A stretch of DNA of 64,000 nucleotides from the IMG/VR virus record IMGVR_UViG_3300028593_000003; one strand, written 5' to 3'. How positions within the stretch are numbered: position 1 is the stretch's first letter; the number at the start of each line of letters is the position of its first letter. The translations under genes and the position numbers were made by a program. This stretch comes from a virus. Taxonomy: Duplodnaviria; Caudoviricetes. The notes beneath the pieces are model-generated. The model did no database searches, was not told the origin of the DNA, and was given only the letters and a program-made list of their open reading frames with translations. Below, one piece after another: positions 52,518-62,802 of this stretch.

Positions 52518-55013
52518 TCAGTCTTTTCTCCTGTTTATAAAATCTATTGACATTTGAATAATATATTTGAACATCTCATTCAATTTTGTATCTTGGTGAG
52601 ATTCCAGCTGCAAACAAGTTTGAAAATCCTTGTGAAACTGAATTGTATCTTGAACTGTCGAGCCTTTACCTCCCTTTGGTCGCAGCGTTTGAACACCTAT
52701 CAAAAACTCTTTACCTTCCCTATCAATTCCATAGATGTTTGCATATCCTGAAGATGATAATCCCCTCACTTTTTTTCCTTCCGTATCGAAATCATCATCA
52801 TCTTCAACATCGGTGCTACTACATTTGACTTCTGAAACTCTTATATGCTTCCAGAAATCCTGCTTATCTTTCTTTGTTTTCAAACCAAGACATTTGGAAA
52901 AGGTTTCTGTATTCCCCACAGTCGCAGTATCACCATCTGTCAATCCGGTTATTGTTCTGGTAACCTCCTGACCGTTTACTATTCTCGTAAATCTTTCAAC
53001 CTGCTTTTCCTTACCTTTTTCTTTAACCGTGACCATCTTCCTTTCCCACGGATTACCCTGTTCATCGTATCTTATTCTACTATTATTTTTCCCCATATTC
53101 AATTCAAAATACTTTGCTGGTATTCCACCAACATTGTGCCCGGAAACAATATGACCGTGAAACCTGTCTATAAACAATTTGGAAAAATATTCGTCGCCTT
53201 TACCTTTGAGGGCTTTATTCATTTCTTTTCTCGCCTCATTTTGTAGCATATGCTGTTCCTGATATTTCCCGGCCATAGCCTTTTCATCAAATGGCGCAAT
53301 TCTGCTTGCAACTTTACTCATTTCTTTTGAAACATCAATTGTATCGTCCACTACACTTGCTTTCAATTCATTAACATATGAGAGAAGTATTTTTTTCTCC
53401 TCTTCATCAGTCAATGGTGGTTTATATGTTCCTGTTTTACTATTAAAAGTCCGGCCTTTTATAGGTGTATCACCTTCATAATATCTCTTGACTATCGAAT
53501 TCCAATATTTTGCTGGTTCATCTCCTGTACTTGATTTTTTTATTTCATCTATGAGCTTTTTTCTTTCATTTGGTTTCAAAGCTCTCTGATAAAGTTTATC
53601 ATATTCTTTGCTGATGACCCCCTCTACTTCTGACTGTTTTTCCTCCAATCTCTTGACAAGTCTATCACAGGCTTTCTTGTAGGCATTATATTCTTTTGCT
53701 GAGATTTTTCCATCGTTCAAATCCTCTTCCGCATAAGATAACATTTTTTTGACATTCGATACTGGGCTTGAATTTCCTTGGATATCAGATGTGGATGTCT
53801 TATTGGATGTATGAAGAATAACTGCCTTTGGAGGCTTCTGTGAATGATCTATAAGAACTGACATTGTATCAGTAGGATTATCTCCAGCACCTCCTCCCAA
53901 AATGACAGATTTATATTTGTTAAATGATACACCATTTACTTCCACTACTCCCATCTTATCGAGAAAATCAACTGTGTTTTGTAAAGATTCTTTACTCCCC
54001 CAAACGTGAGAAACTGTAGTGGTCTTTGGATTAAATCCATCCTCTTTCATTACTCTTTTTATTCTTCTATGTTCGGCTTTTGCAGAAATGGCCGCGGCAT
54101 ACGCCGCTTTTTGACTTAATTCCTCTCCATTTTTATAAACAACATCCGTATCTTTTATCTCTTTCCATAGTTTTTGATAAAGTTGGTTTACATTCATATT
54201 TGGATTTTGATGGAGATAAGAAAGACAAGTTCCAATACTCGTTTCATTGATAAATGATGATTTATTGCCCGGAGCCTTTGTTCTTCCTTCATATGCCCCC
54301 TTCTTTGCGTCACCATCAATTATATCAATTATAGAGCGATCCATACCACCCTTTTCTTTCAGGGTTTTCAAAACTTTCTCTTGTTTTTTGGTCGCCTTTT
54401 CCTTCTCAACCTTTTCAACTTTTGCGGCGTATTTTTTGTAAACATCTTCTGACCAAGCTGGGGCGCCGGTTTCTCCACCTTCTCCAAATTGGTCGTGGAA
54501 ATTGTGAAGAAATTTCGATAGCTCTTCTTGTTCCATCCCCTTTAATAAACTATCAAACTTTTTTGTTTTCTCTTGATCTGTTTCTTTGGATTTGACAATG
54601 GAAGAAAATTCTTTATTTTTTATTTTCTTTATCGCGTCTTTCTGGTGATCTGTGATTCCCGCCGGAGACACGGCCTCTTTAGGTTTTTCCTTTTCTTTTC
54701 CAAGTTCCTCTTCGTGTTTTGTCTCTATTTTTTTCGCCTTTGAATCTTTTTGTTTGAGTGGAGCCCCAAGATGGCTCGCATATACTCCTTCTGGATATCT
54801 ATCAAGTATATAATTCTGCTCGCCGGCAGACCATTTATTCCATCTTGCTATTTGTTCCGGTGTAATTTCCTTTTTCTTTTTATCGCTTGGCTTTTCTTTT
54901 GCCGTTGTTTTTTCTTTCGGCTTCAACACACTTACAGGCGCCTTTGACTTTGGCTTTGTGGCCTCAAAAAAAATATCAGAAATATTTTCTTTTACGAAGT
55001 TTCTAAATTTCAT
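52518..55013 (-). CDS. Large Lys-rich protein with leader MKFRNFVKE; putative internal head protein
   Basis: 831-aa ORF directly after the portal gene, with a T4 IP/Alt-like N-terminus. Confidence 0.7.
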   Translation of the reverse strand: MKFRNFVKENISDIFFEATKPKSKAPVSVLKPKEKTTAKEKPSDKKKKEITPEQIARWNKWSAGEQNYILDRYPEGVYASHLGAPLKQKDSKAKKIETKHEEELGKEKEKPKEAVSPAGITDHQKDAIKKIKNKEFSSIVKSKETDQEKTKKFDSLLKGMEQEELSKFLHNFHDQFGEGGETGAPAWSEDVYKKYAAKVEKVEKEKATKKQEKVLKTLKEKGGMDRSIIDIIDGDAKKGAYEGRTKAPGNKSSFINETSIGTCLSYLHQNPNMNVNQLYQKLWKEIKDTDVVYKNGEELSQKAAYAAAISAKAEHRRIKRVMKEDGFNPKTTTVSHVWGSKESLQNTVDFLDKMGVVEVNGVSFNKYKSVILGGGAGDNPTDTMSVLIDHSQKPPKAVILHTSNKTSTSDIQGNSSPVSNVKKMLSYAEEDLNDGKISAKEYNAYKKACDRLVKRLEEKQSEVEGVISKEYDKLYQRALKPNERKKLIDEIKKSSTGDEPAKYWNSIVKRYYEGDTPIKGRTFNSKTGTYKPPLTDEEEKKILLSYVNELKASVVDDTIDVSKEMSKVASRIAPFDEKAMAGKYQEQHMLQNEARKEMNKALKGKGDEYFSKLFIDRFHGHIVSGHNVGGIPAKYFELNMGKNNSRIRYDEQGNPWERKMVTVKEKGKEKQVERFTRIVNGQEVTRTITGLTDGDTATVGNTETFSKCLGLKTKKDKQDFWKHIRVSEVKCSSTDVEDDDDFDTEGKKVRGLSSSGYANIYGIDREGKEFLIGVQTLRPKGGKGSTVQDTIQFHKDFQTCLQLESHQDTKLNEMFKYIIQMSIDFINRRKD

Positions 55014-56690
55014 TTATTCGGTTTCTCCCGGCGCTGGTAAAGGGCCAGCTGTTTCAATTTCTCCCTCTCCACCCGTTTCTTCTTCACCACCAAATTCCTC
55101 TTCACCACCAAATTCTTCTTCACCACCCATACCGGGCTCTTCTGGTGGTTGGAACAACTTGTCTTTTTCTTTCAGGCACTTTATATTCTCATCAATCTCA
55201 GCATCTGTCCAACCAAGATATTTTTTCATCAGGAAGTATTTGGAAAACTCCTGATTTCCAGCAAGGGCATTATAATTGGAATGGCGAACTTCAACAAATC
55301 CCTGTTCCAGAGACTCTTTGTAGTGGGAAGGTGGAACCATATTGATTGTAATCATATCCTTTTCCACACCGTACTGTTTCTTCAAACCCTTGAATGACAA
55401 GTGCATTAAAAACAGTTCTTTGAGTTCATCACAGAACCTTCTCTGATGTTTCTCAAGAAATTTTGCCCATTTTACTTCGTCACGGGAAATTTCACCAGTA
55501 TGGGAACCACCAACAACAATTTCTGCCTCTCTCTTTTCCTGACCCGCTGTAACACGGGAAGCTGGGTATTTCAATGCTCGATATAACTTTCGAGCGAAAT
55601 AATAAATGTCATCCAGTTCGGAGAAACCAGCTGGATTACCACCTACAGTTTCAATGGACGATCCTCTTCCATCCGCGGACTGTGGGAGAAAGAAATTTTC
55701 CAGAATGGAAAGAACTTCTGGCTCCTGTGAGAGTTGCCCTGTCTGTGGATCATAGGTCTGTCTCTTGATGAATTTCGTCTTTATCTTCTCGACAAATTTC
55801 ATCGCCTTGTCTTTAGGCATATTACCAGTATCAATCTTGAAAACAAATCTCTCCGGCGCCCTGATAATACGGTAAATGATTACCGATGTTTCCAGAAGTT
55901 TCAGCTGGTTATATGGAACACGGGCCTTTTCAAGGTAACCAAAAACTTCGCCCTTTGTCCTACCATAAATTCCATAGTTGACGTATCCGATCTGCTCGGG
56001 ATTGAACACTATAACCTTGGGGTCTTTTTCTGCTTCATCCCTCGTTGATGGTCTTTTTACATTTGGTGCGAGATACTGATAGTAATAAAGAATATTGCCG
56101 TCTCTTGGATCATAAACATAATCCATTGTTTCGGACGGAAGTTTTTTGATTGTCTGGATGCCCTGACTTGGCTTATTTTTATTGATAACCCTTTCATAAT
56201 ATACTCTGCCATCAATATAATATGTTCTCATAAGATCATCAATAACTTTATCTATATCTATTCTTCTATAAAAAAGTTCGTCAAATTCTTTATAGATATT
56301 TTTTATGACATTTTTATTTCCTGCCAGTTTTTCATCAAGTATAGCTAAACTAAAAATCTTATTCTCATTATCTGTCAAAGTGGATTCATTTACAGCGTCC
56401 TCGATGACATCCCCGATTTCGGGATATTCTGCCATTCTTCTGTATTCAAGTATTTTTGCGACCTCGGACTCAAAAACCTTGTTTATGTATCGGTTATAAA
56501 AGGTATTCAGGTTACCATAACCAAGGGAACCATAACCGGATATGAGAAGATAGTCCTCAACACCCTCTCCTCTTACAGCATCCGCTTCTGCGTGTGTGGG
56601 AAGATCACCTTTTCCCACAAACACTTTCATGGATTCATCCAACCTTACATCTTCATCTTTTTTACCAAATAAACGGTCATACCACGCCAT
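55014..56690 (-). CDS. gp20: Portal protein (T4 gp20)
   Basis: YRRMAEYPE, YIDGR, NQLKLLE..VIIYRIIRAPERFVFKIDTGNMPK, LENFFLP, DDIYYFARKLYRAL, ISRDEVK. Confidence 0.98.
   Translation of the reverse strand: MAWYDRLFGKKDEDVRLDESMKVFVGKGDLPTHAEADAVRGEGVEDYLLISGYGSLGYGNLNTFYNRYINKVFESEVAKILEYRRMAEYPEIGDVIEDAVNESTLTDNENKIFSLAILDEKLAGNKNVIKNIYKEFDELFYRRIDIDKVIDDLMRTYYIDGRVYYERVINKNKPSQGIQTIKKLPSETMDYVYDPRDGNILYYYQYLAPNVKRPSTRDEAEKDPKVIVFNPEQIGYVNYGIYGRTKGEVFGYLEKARVPYNQLKLLETSVIIYRIIRAPERFVFKIDTGNMPKDKAMKFVEKIKTKFIKRQTYDPQTGQLSQEPEVLSILENFFLPQSADGRGSSIETVGGNPAGFSELDDIYYFARKLYRALKYPASRVTAGQEKREAEIVVGGSHTGEISRDEVKWAKFLEKHQRRFCDELKELFLMHLSFKGLKKQYGVEKDMITINMVPPSHYKESLEQGFVEVRHSNYNALAGNQEFSKYFLMKKYLGWTDAEIDENIKCLKEKDKLFQPPEEPGMGGEEEFGGEEEFGGEEETGGEGEIETAGPLPAPGETE
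55081..55127. repeat. 18-bp coding tandem repeat (GGEEEF) in the portal C-terminus
   Basis: TCTTCACCACCAAATTCY, about 2.6 copies. Confidence 0.8.
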
Positions 56691-57090
56691 CAGATTTCTC
56701 CTCTATCAAAGCCTTATCCTGTTCTTCCTGCTTCTTCAATTCCATAACTCTTATCTGTCTTTGTCTTTCTTCAACAAATTTTGTCAGATCAACCCCGATA
56801 TTTCTTCCTATAACGTGAGCGACAACCTCAGTCCAAACTGTTTCGTTTCTCAAATGTTCCTGCGCTTTTTCCACTCCGACAAGACGATTACTCAACTCCT
56901 GTATCAATATCATTGTCCGTATCGGTGCACAATCTGCTACAAGTATTGGTGTCTGATCTCCATCGAGTGGGTTGGGTTTCCACCAACTTTCAATGAAATT
57001 TGGACATTTTCTCACTTCCCCGAATAATTCATACATCCCACAAACAGCCTTTCCTGTTTTCTCATCTATTGGGTTACAAGTTCCTTTCAT
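56677..57090 (-). CDS. Hypothetical protein (Cys-rich N-terminus plus coiled coil)
   Basis: 137-aa ORF after the fibre gene; may be a fibre chaperone. Confidence 0.6.
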   Translation of the reverse strand: MKGTCNPIDEKTGKAVCGMYELFGEVRKCPNFIESWWKPNPLDGDQTPILVADCAPIRTMILIQELSNRLVGVEKAQEHLRNETVWTEVVAHVIGRNIGVDLTKFVEERQRQIRVMELKKQEEQDKALIEEKSDGVV

Positions 57091-57093
57091 AAA

Positions 57094-57891
57094 TTAATCC
57101 TTTTCAACAATTATTCCTACATTTGCTAACATTCTCCAGCTTGATACATCCGATTTAGCACCGAGTGTATGTGTATGTGATCCAGCTAATCCGGTATCAC
57201 CGTGAGAGTGTGGTTGACTACCTCCGGTTGCATTTGTATATGGGGAATAGTCCTGCATACCTACACTTGCACTAAAATTGAGAACACCATATCCACCACA
57301 AACTCTGCCCATATAGTGAGTGTGACTTGGCATTTCATCAACCGTCAATGTGTGAGATGGTGTCGTATGTTGATGATCTGATTGTGTAGATATTGTGTGG
57401 TTATGACCAGCAAGTGTCCATGTTCCTCTCTGGACACCACCGGAAACATTATATGCTTCCGTTCCTCCCTTTACAGCAAGAAGAGCATCGGATGTACCCG
57501 CCACAATTGTCCATCCTGTGGGGGCTGTGTCCTCATAAATCCATAATTTTCTACCGGAAGTCAAGAAATTATTCAAATTGGAGATAAGAACATTGGTTGC
57601 CGTATTTAATCCTATAGTGATATTATCGCCACTCGTAGTTATGGTCGTATTGTTACCTTCAACCAATGTAAGAGTATCATCGACATCATCAGCTTCAACG
57701 GTAGTCTGTCCAGCAACAGCAATTTTCTGAAATATGTAGATCGGCATCCATTGAGAATTATCTGCATAATAGAGGATACCGCTTGTCGTATTATAGACCA
57801 ATCTACCGATAAAAGAGGCTTCCCAAGTAGGAAGCGTGGAAAGTCTTTCACACCAGACTTTTCCCTGAGTGTCTATTTCGTGAAATTTCAT
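57094..57891 (-). CDS. Short tail fibre/whisker-like protein
   Basis: GRLVYNT, DTLTLVEG, APTGWT, HTLTVDEMPSHTH, GGSQPHSH, with several HxH motifs. Confidence 0.75.
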   Translation of the reverse strand: MKFHEIDTQGKVWCERLSTLPTWEASFIGRLVYNTTSGILYYADNSQWMPIYIFQKIAVAGQTTVEADDVDDTLTLVEGNNTTITTSGDNITIGLNTATNVLISNLNNFLTSGRKLWIYEDTAPTGWTIVAGTSDALLAVKGGTEAYNVSGGVQRGTWTLAGHNHTISTQSDHQHTTPSHTLTVDEMPSHTHYMGRVCGGYGVLNFSASVGMQDYSPYTNATGGSQPHSHGDTGLAGSHTHTLGAKSDVSSWRMLANVGIIVEKD

Positions 57892-57926
57892 TTCTTATCC
57901 CCCGATAATATAGTATATTTCTCTTA

Positions 57927-57934
57927 TATTTATA
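57927..57934 (-). promoter_or_regulatory. T4-type late promoter TATAAATA
   Basis: Exact consensus in an intergenic region. Confidence 0.7.
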
Positions 57935-57938
57935 AAAA

Positions 57939-60900
57939 TCATAGTATTTTATCAATACTTTCTATAATAACATCGGGAGCAATGGTTCTCGAACATTCAT
58001 ATTTTTTATTTCTTGGGCACCACAACCAATTTCCCCTGTCATATGGATGCTTTATATCATTATAACAACCTCTGCAAACACCTTCAGGCGGAACAATTCT
58101 TATGCAATCCTTCATTTCAGACCATGGCTCTGAGAAACCAGAAATAAGTATAGTTGGAATATTCAATGCCCATGAAAGCCAAGATAGACCTGACCCCACA
58201 CCAATGAAAAGTTTCGAATTGTAGATATTATTGATTGTTTGTTGAATTGTTGAATTTGTCCTGTCAACAATACCGGATAATTGAGTTGTCTCCTTGCTCA
58301 CAACCATTACATCATATCCCTTTTCTTTTATATAATTGATGATTATTTGCCAGCCCAGAGGATAATGCCATCTTTTACAGAGTAGGGTTGAGTGCTCAGA
58401 AATTGTAACATATGGCTTTTTCACATTTTTCTTCTCTGCTGTTATCTTCGGTTTTATCTCTTCATAATCAAGACCAAGATAGTCCGTAGCAACTTTCTGT
58501 AATGGAACCAATCTCCAATTGTTTTTGTTTGAATGATAGTCATTATCCCTACATCCCACGGTATAGAAAATATTGGGTTTCAATGCGCCCGGCTCCACAA
58601 ATCTCAAATCGGGATATTCCTTCTCAAATATTTTATTCCAGAATGTTGACACATAAAAGTCCTTACACCCATGTTTTTCTTTGAAAACTTTAGCATATGG
58701 AAACCAAGCTAATGTATCGCCCAGTGCTTTACTGTCAAAATATACAAGAACTTTATCATTTACAAAATCCGGCTCAAATATTTTATAAGGAGCTTCATTC
58801 TTATCAATTAAAATGTTCCAATTTACATAATATCTTGCATTTGGAGCGACCCAATGATTTGGCCTTATTGTGCCTCTATGTATAATCAGATCGACATCTT
58901 TATCAGTAAATGTTACTCTATATTCAGCATCACTTTTGCCGATAATTTCAACTTTTACCCCATCAATATATGTTACCTTTATCAAATCTTCCTGCTCTAT
59001 CCATCCCTTATCATCAAACGAGTTCCATTTCCTACATACTAATCTTCCGTCTTTGAACTTGAAATTAGTCTTTGTATAATCCTTACCTGCTTCTCTATCC
59101 ACTATTTTATGTGACCATTTTCTTGTTTTGGTGTTCACTAAAAATTCAACAACTCGGCCGTCTATAGTTTCAGATAAAAATGTTCTCTCATCCGGTTCTT
59201 TATCTCCCTGATCGACCAGATTTCTATTCTTGATGATTTTATATTTCATGTCATCTTTGGTGAATAGAAAAATATCATCTGGCTTCGAATGTGCCTCAAA
59301 ATAATTATATAACCAATTTTCGAAAATGAGATCAATTCTGATTTTCGTTTTTTCTGACGCTTCTGCAATCAATTTATTATAGTCAGACCACGATGAAATA
59401 TCCATCAATCTCTCATTCATCCACTTAATGTCAAATGAAAAAAGATTAGCGATTATTCCATATGTAGGATCAATGCCCGGAACCTTCCGTGGATTTTGTT
59501 CTTCATCATATATAAAACCAACCATTTTATATTTTTCTAATTTTTTTCTGGCTTCTACAAGATAAAGATCGAGGTCTATATCAATATCAAACTCAATAAA
59601 ATGCGCTATATCATATTGAGAGAGAAGCCTGACAGCATTTACCATAGAGGAATAACAAGCAGCTCCATGATATTTTGTTTCGTACTGTGAAACAATTTTC
59701 ACTTCCTCGTTCTGAAACCAATAATTCAGGTTCCACCCATCACTCATAATATTGTTAGCATCATAAATGTAATAGTTTACCATCTTCTGTATTTCTACAG
59801 AAATTGGATAATGAGATACAAGAAGAACGGGAAATCCCCTTTCCTGTATTTCCTCTATCATTCCTTTTGTGAGTTCCTCTTTCTCGGGCAAGTCGGGGTA
59901 AGTGTCAATGATGAAAATTTCTTTTGGTTCTTTTTTTGTTGCCTCCATAAGGATGCATTGCTGGTCATGCGACCAGACATTTCTCATTTTTATATCTCTA
60001 AAGCCGGCTTCTCTCAATAAAGTTTCCAACCTATGTTTCGTAAAGCCGATTTTATGTTGTTCACCCTCGTTTGTCTGTAACCCAAAAATTGTATCAAGAT
60101 GAAAATCCCATTTTTCATCTTCTGGTTTATCAAGCCAAGTTTTCACGACCCATTCAAAATCAGGAACTTCAAATACGAGTTTGCCATTCATATCCAATAC
60201 ACGATAACATTCTTTGAGAACAGCAGGCACTTCATATCTATTGAAATGCTCCAATAAATGTGACGAATAAACTTCCTCAAATGTATTATCGTTATAGGGG
60301 ATATCCTGAGCGTCAAAATTTATATCAGCTTTTTTATCAAATTTATCTGCATTGATATAACCTATTCTAATTCTATCGCCACAACCTAAATTTAATTTTT
60401 TTGTTTCAACTTTTCTGCCTTTTGTTTTACCGGAACCAAACTCTTCTAATATAACAAGTGCCTTATCAACTGCCTTTTCCCAAGTAAAATCTCTTCGTAT
60501 TATTTCAGATTGTTTGAGTGCTTTTTCTTTACAGATTGTGTAATTTTCGTATACCTCTCTCATCACCCGCTTCAGATGATCAAAATCTGGTTCTGCCCAT
60601 TCGCCCGGTGTGTCCTTCTGCATAAAAACATTTTCGGGGGCTCTCAATTCTTTTATGTTTACCAGATTGGAAGCATCTTTACAGAACTCAAGTTGTGCGC
60701 CCCAATTTGAAGCAATTGTAGGAATGCCTGTAGCGATACCCTGAATGAGAGGGAGATTCCATCCCTCAGACCTTGCACAAGTCACAAGACAATGACAGGA
60801 ACGAAGATAAGAAAGATAAAGATCATCACTTTCTGGAAGCCCTGTCACGATTTTTATTCGTGGATCAATAAGTTTATGTCCTTTCAATCTTTCTTGCGTC

Positions 60901-62096
60901 GAGCCGTATTCGTCCTGTTTGAAAGGATTTTCAACTTGACATATAATATCCACCGGCTCATCATTCTTGAACTCTTCAATGAAGGCCCTCAAAATTTCTG
61001 TGGTTGCTTTCCTGTAATCCCATCGGCCGCAAAGAAGAAATTTGAACCTATCATCCTTCAATACTTTTATTGGTGGATCGCCGGGGCAGAAAAGATTTCC
61101 ATTCACTCCCTCTGGAACCACAAATATCTTGTCTGCTGGATATCCCTGTTCTATCGTACACCATCTCTGCCAATGTGTCGGAACCCACAACATATCATAT
61201 TCAAGTAACTTGTGAAAAAACTGTTCCGGTTGTCTCGTACTCTCCCATACATTATACGCAACTTTTGGCCCATCATAGTTCTCGTAGAAGTAATAATGAT
61301 TTGTTTCCATCAAGATGATGTTTATGGGCCTGTGATAATACGCTCTATTGAGAGGCAACCCTACTTTATATGGTGGTTGGTTCCAAGTCTGCTCAATAAT
61401 CATATTCTTCTGTTTATCAGAGAGATGTGACAAGTCGGGAGTATAGGCAAAATTCCTTATTCTCACCGTAAGATGATCTGCTAATCTTGTAAAAAATTCT
61501 CTTGCATGGGATGCATATCCTGTATGTGGAACAAAACTACAATGACCAAGAACAAGGTCAAATGGAAAGGGTTTATCAAGTTTTACTAATGGTATATCTT
61601 TCATCTTTTCACCTTTTACACCATAAAATAATATCCCCTTTTCGGGGTCATCTTCTACAATAATATTTTCCATATCGGAAAAAATCTCTTTGAAATTATC
61701 TCCGGTAAATCTCCAATAATCATCAGGCCAATCGTGAATGGGGAAACCGGGCGCTCTTGTAGTAATAATAAGTTTGCCGCCTATACGGAGAACAGACTTC
61801 ATATTCTCTATGGCGGCCTTCCAATTTTGAATATGTTCAAGAACCTCTGTGCAAATTACGATATCAAATCTGTTCTTGCCATACTTTTTTACAAGATGTT
61901 GAACATCACATATTTCATCAACACCTTTACCCTCGACTATATCCGTTCCAATATATCTCTTTGGTTTATATCTCTCTACATAATACCTTGCAGAACCATT
62001 GAAATCGAGAGAACCAACTTCAAGAATGGATTTACCGGATATATCTTCTGGCCTCAAACATTTTTCTACAAAAAACAGGCAGGCTGAATTGCACAT
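57939..62096 (-). CDS. Multidomain glycosylation enzyme: SAM methyltransferase, GT4, second methyltransferase, unknown domain, TibC/Aah-like heptosyltransferase
   Basis: ILEVGS..EVLEH; TGYA, WES, GRWDYRK, RSEGWNLP; LNLGCG..SHLLEH; ALGDTLAW, FIGVGSGLSWLSWA, CRGC..WLWCP..EC. Confidence 0.85.
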   Translation of the reverse strand: MCNSACLFFVEKCLRPEDISGKSILEVGSLDFNGSARYYVERYKPKRYIGTDIVEGKGVDEICDVQHLVKKYGKNRFDIVICTEVLEHIQNWKAAIENMKSVLRIGGKLIITTRAPGFPIHDWPDDYWRFTGDNFKEIFSDMENIIVEDDPEKGILFYGVKGEKMKDIPLVKLDKPFPFDLVLGHCSFVPHTGYASHAREFFTRLADHLTVRIRNFAYTPDLSHLSDKQKNMIIEQTWNQPPYKVGLPLNRAYYHRPINIILMETNHYYFYENYDGPKVAYNVWESTRQPEQFFHKLLEYDMLWVPTHWQRWCTIEQGYPADKIFVVPEGVNGNLFCPGDPPIKVLKDDRFKFLLCGRWDYRKATTEILRAFIEEFKNDEPVDIICQVENPFKQDEYGSTQERLKGHKLIDPRIKIVTGLPESDDLYLSYLRSCHCLVTCARSEGWNLPLIQGIATGIPTIASNWGAQLEFCKDASNLVNIKELRAPENVFMQKDTPGEWAEPDFDHLKRVMREVYENYTICKEKALKQSEIIRRDFTWEKAVDKALVILEEFGSGKTKGRKVETKKLNLGCGDRIRIGYINADKFDKKADINFDAQDIPYNDNTFEEVYSSHLLEHFNRYEVPAVLKECYRVLDMNGKLVFEVPDFEWVVKTWLDKPEDEKWDFHLDTIFGLQTNEGEQHKIGFTKHRLETLLREAGFRDIKMRNVWSHDQQCILMEATKKEPKEIFIIDTYPDLPEKEELTKGMIEEIQERGFPVLLVSHYPISVEIQKMVNYYIYDANNIMSDGWNLNYWFQNEEVKIVSQYETKYHGAACYSSMVNAVRLLSQYDIAHFIEFDIDIDLDLYLVEARKKLEKYKMVGFIYDEEQNPRKVPGIDPTYGIIANLFSFDIKWMNERLMDISSWSDYNKLIAEASEKTKIRIDLIFENWLYNYFEAHSKPDDIFLFTKDDMKYKIIKNRNLVDQGDKEPDERTFLSETIDGRVVEFLVNTKTRKWSHKIVDREAGKDYTKTNFKFKDGRLVCRKWNSFDDKGWIEQEDLIKVTYIDGVKVEIIGKSDAEYRVTFTDKDVDLIIHRGTIRPNHWVAPNARYYVNWNILIDKNEAPYKIFEPDFVNDKVLVYFDSKALGDTLAWFPYAKVFKEKHGCKDFYVSTFWNKIFEKEYPDLRFVEPGALKPNIFYTVGCRDNDYHSNKNNWRLVPLQKVATDYLGLDYEEIKPKITAEKKNVKKPYVTISEHSTLLCKRWHYPLGWQIIINYIKEKGYDVMVVSKETTQLSGIVDRTNSTIQQTINNIYNSKLFIGVGSGLSWLSWALNIPTILISGFSEPWSEMKDCIRIVPPEGVCRGCYNDIKHPYDRGNWLWCPRNKKYECSRTIAPDVIIESIDKIL

Positions 62097-62510
62097 TTAT
62101 AATAATAGTCCGATAAGTATTCCTACCCCAATCAATCCAGCATATTCCATTATCTGATACATCATATTGGGTTTGGATTGTTTCAATTGTTTCTCGTAGG
62201 CTTCTCCCTGTGATTTGATGGTGTCCTGTAAAACTTCAACTGTTTTCTTTGATGCTTCCAATTGTTGTTGTTGAAGATCAACGATCTCCCTCATCAGTTT
62301 TACTTGTTTATACAGTTCAGCGTTCTGATCCTTGAGTACCTGAAGCTCTTCCTTCATAATATTGGCTCTCTCAAGTTCGACAACTATCTTTGCTGCATTT
62401 TCCTCTGATAAACAGACTTCTTCTGCAAAAGAAACATTAGCGAACAGGAGGATACCCAAGATCAGTAAGCCTGCGCTTAGTTTCCGCAACACTTGTGGGT
62501 GTCTGAACAT
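62097..62510 (-). CDS. Spanin-like secreted coiled-coil protein
   Basis: Signal peptide, coiled coil and C-terminal hydrophobic helix; overlaps the upstream gene. Confidence 0.5.
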   Translation of the reverse strand: MFRHPQVLRKLSAGLLILGILLFANVSFAEEVCLSEENAAKIVVELERANIMKEELQVLKDQNAELYKQVKLMREIVDLQQQQLEASKKTVEVLQDTIKSQGEAYEKQLKQSKPNMMYQIMEYAGLIGVGILIGLLL

Positions 62511-62793
62511 TTTGATACTTTGCCTCCAATTCTTTTACTTTAGTACGAAGCTTCTTCGCCTCTGCTTGTGATTTGTTCAATTGAATCCTGTAGCTCTCAA
62601 TCTGAGCTTCCTTATTCTTCAATTCCTCATCGTATTGATCTTTTATTTCCTGTGACCTATCAGTAAAGATTCCCTGAAGAAGGCCGGGAACCGCTCCCCA
62701 ATGTTTATAAGCATAGGCCCCACCAGTAATCAATCCAATCACAGCTACAAAGATTATCAATACCGTTTTGAACTTTACTATAAAATTCCACAT
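62437..62793 (-). CDS. i-spanin (Rz)-like protein
   Basis: N-terminal TM helix plus coiled coil; follows the endolysin. Confidence 0.55.
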   Translation of the reverse strand: MWNFIVKFKTVLIIFVAVIGLITGGAYAYKHWGAVPGLLQGIFTDRSQEIKDQYDEELKNKEAQIESYRIQLNKSQAEAKKLRTKVKELEAKYQNVQTPTSVAETKRRLTDLGYPPVR

Positions 62794-62802
62794 AAAAACC
62801 TC

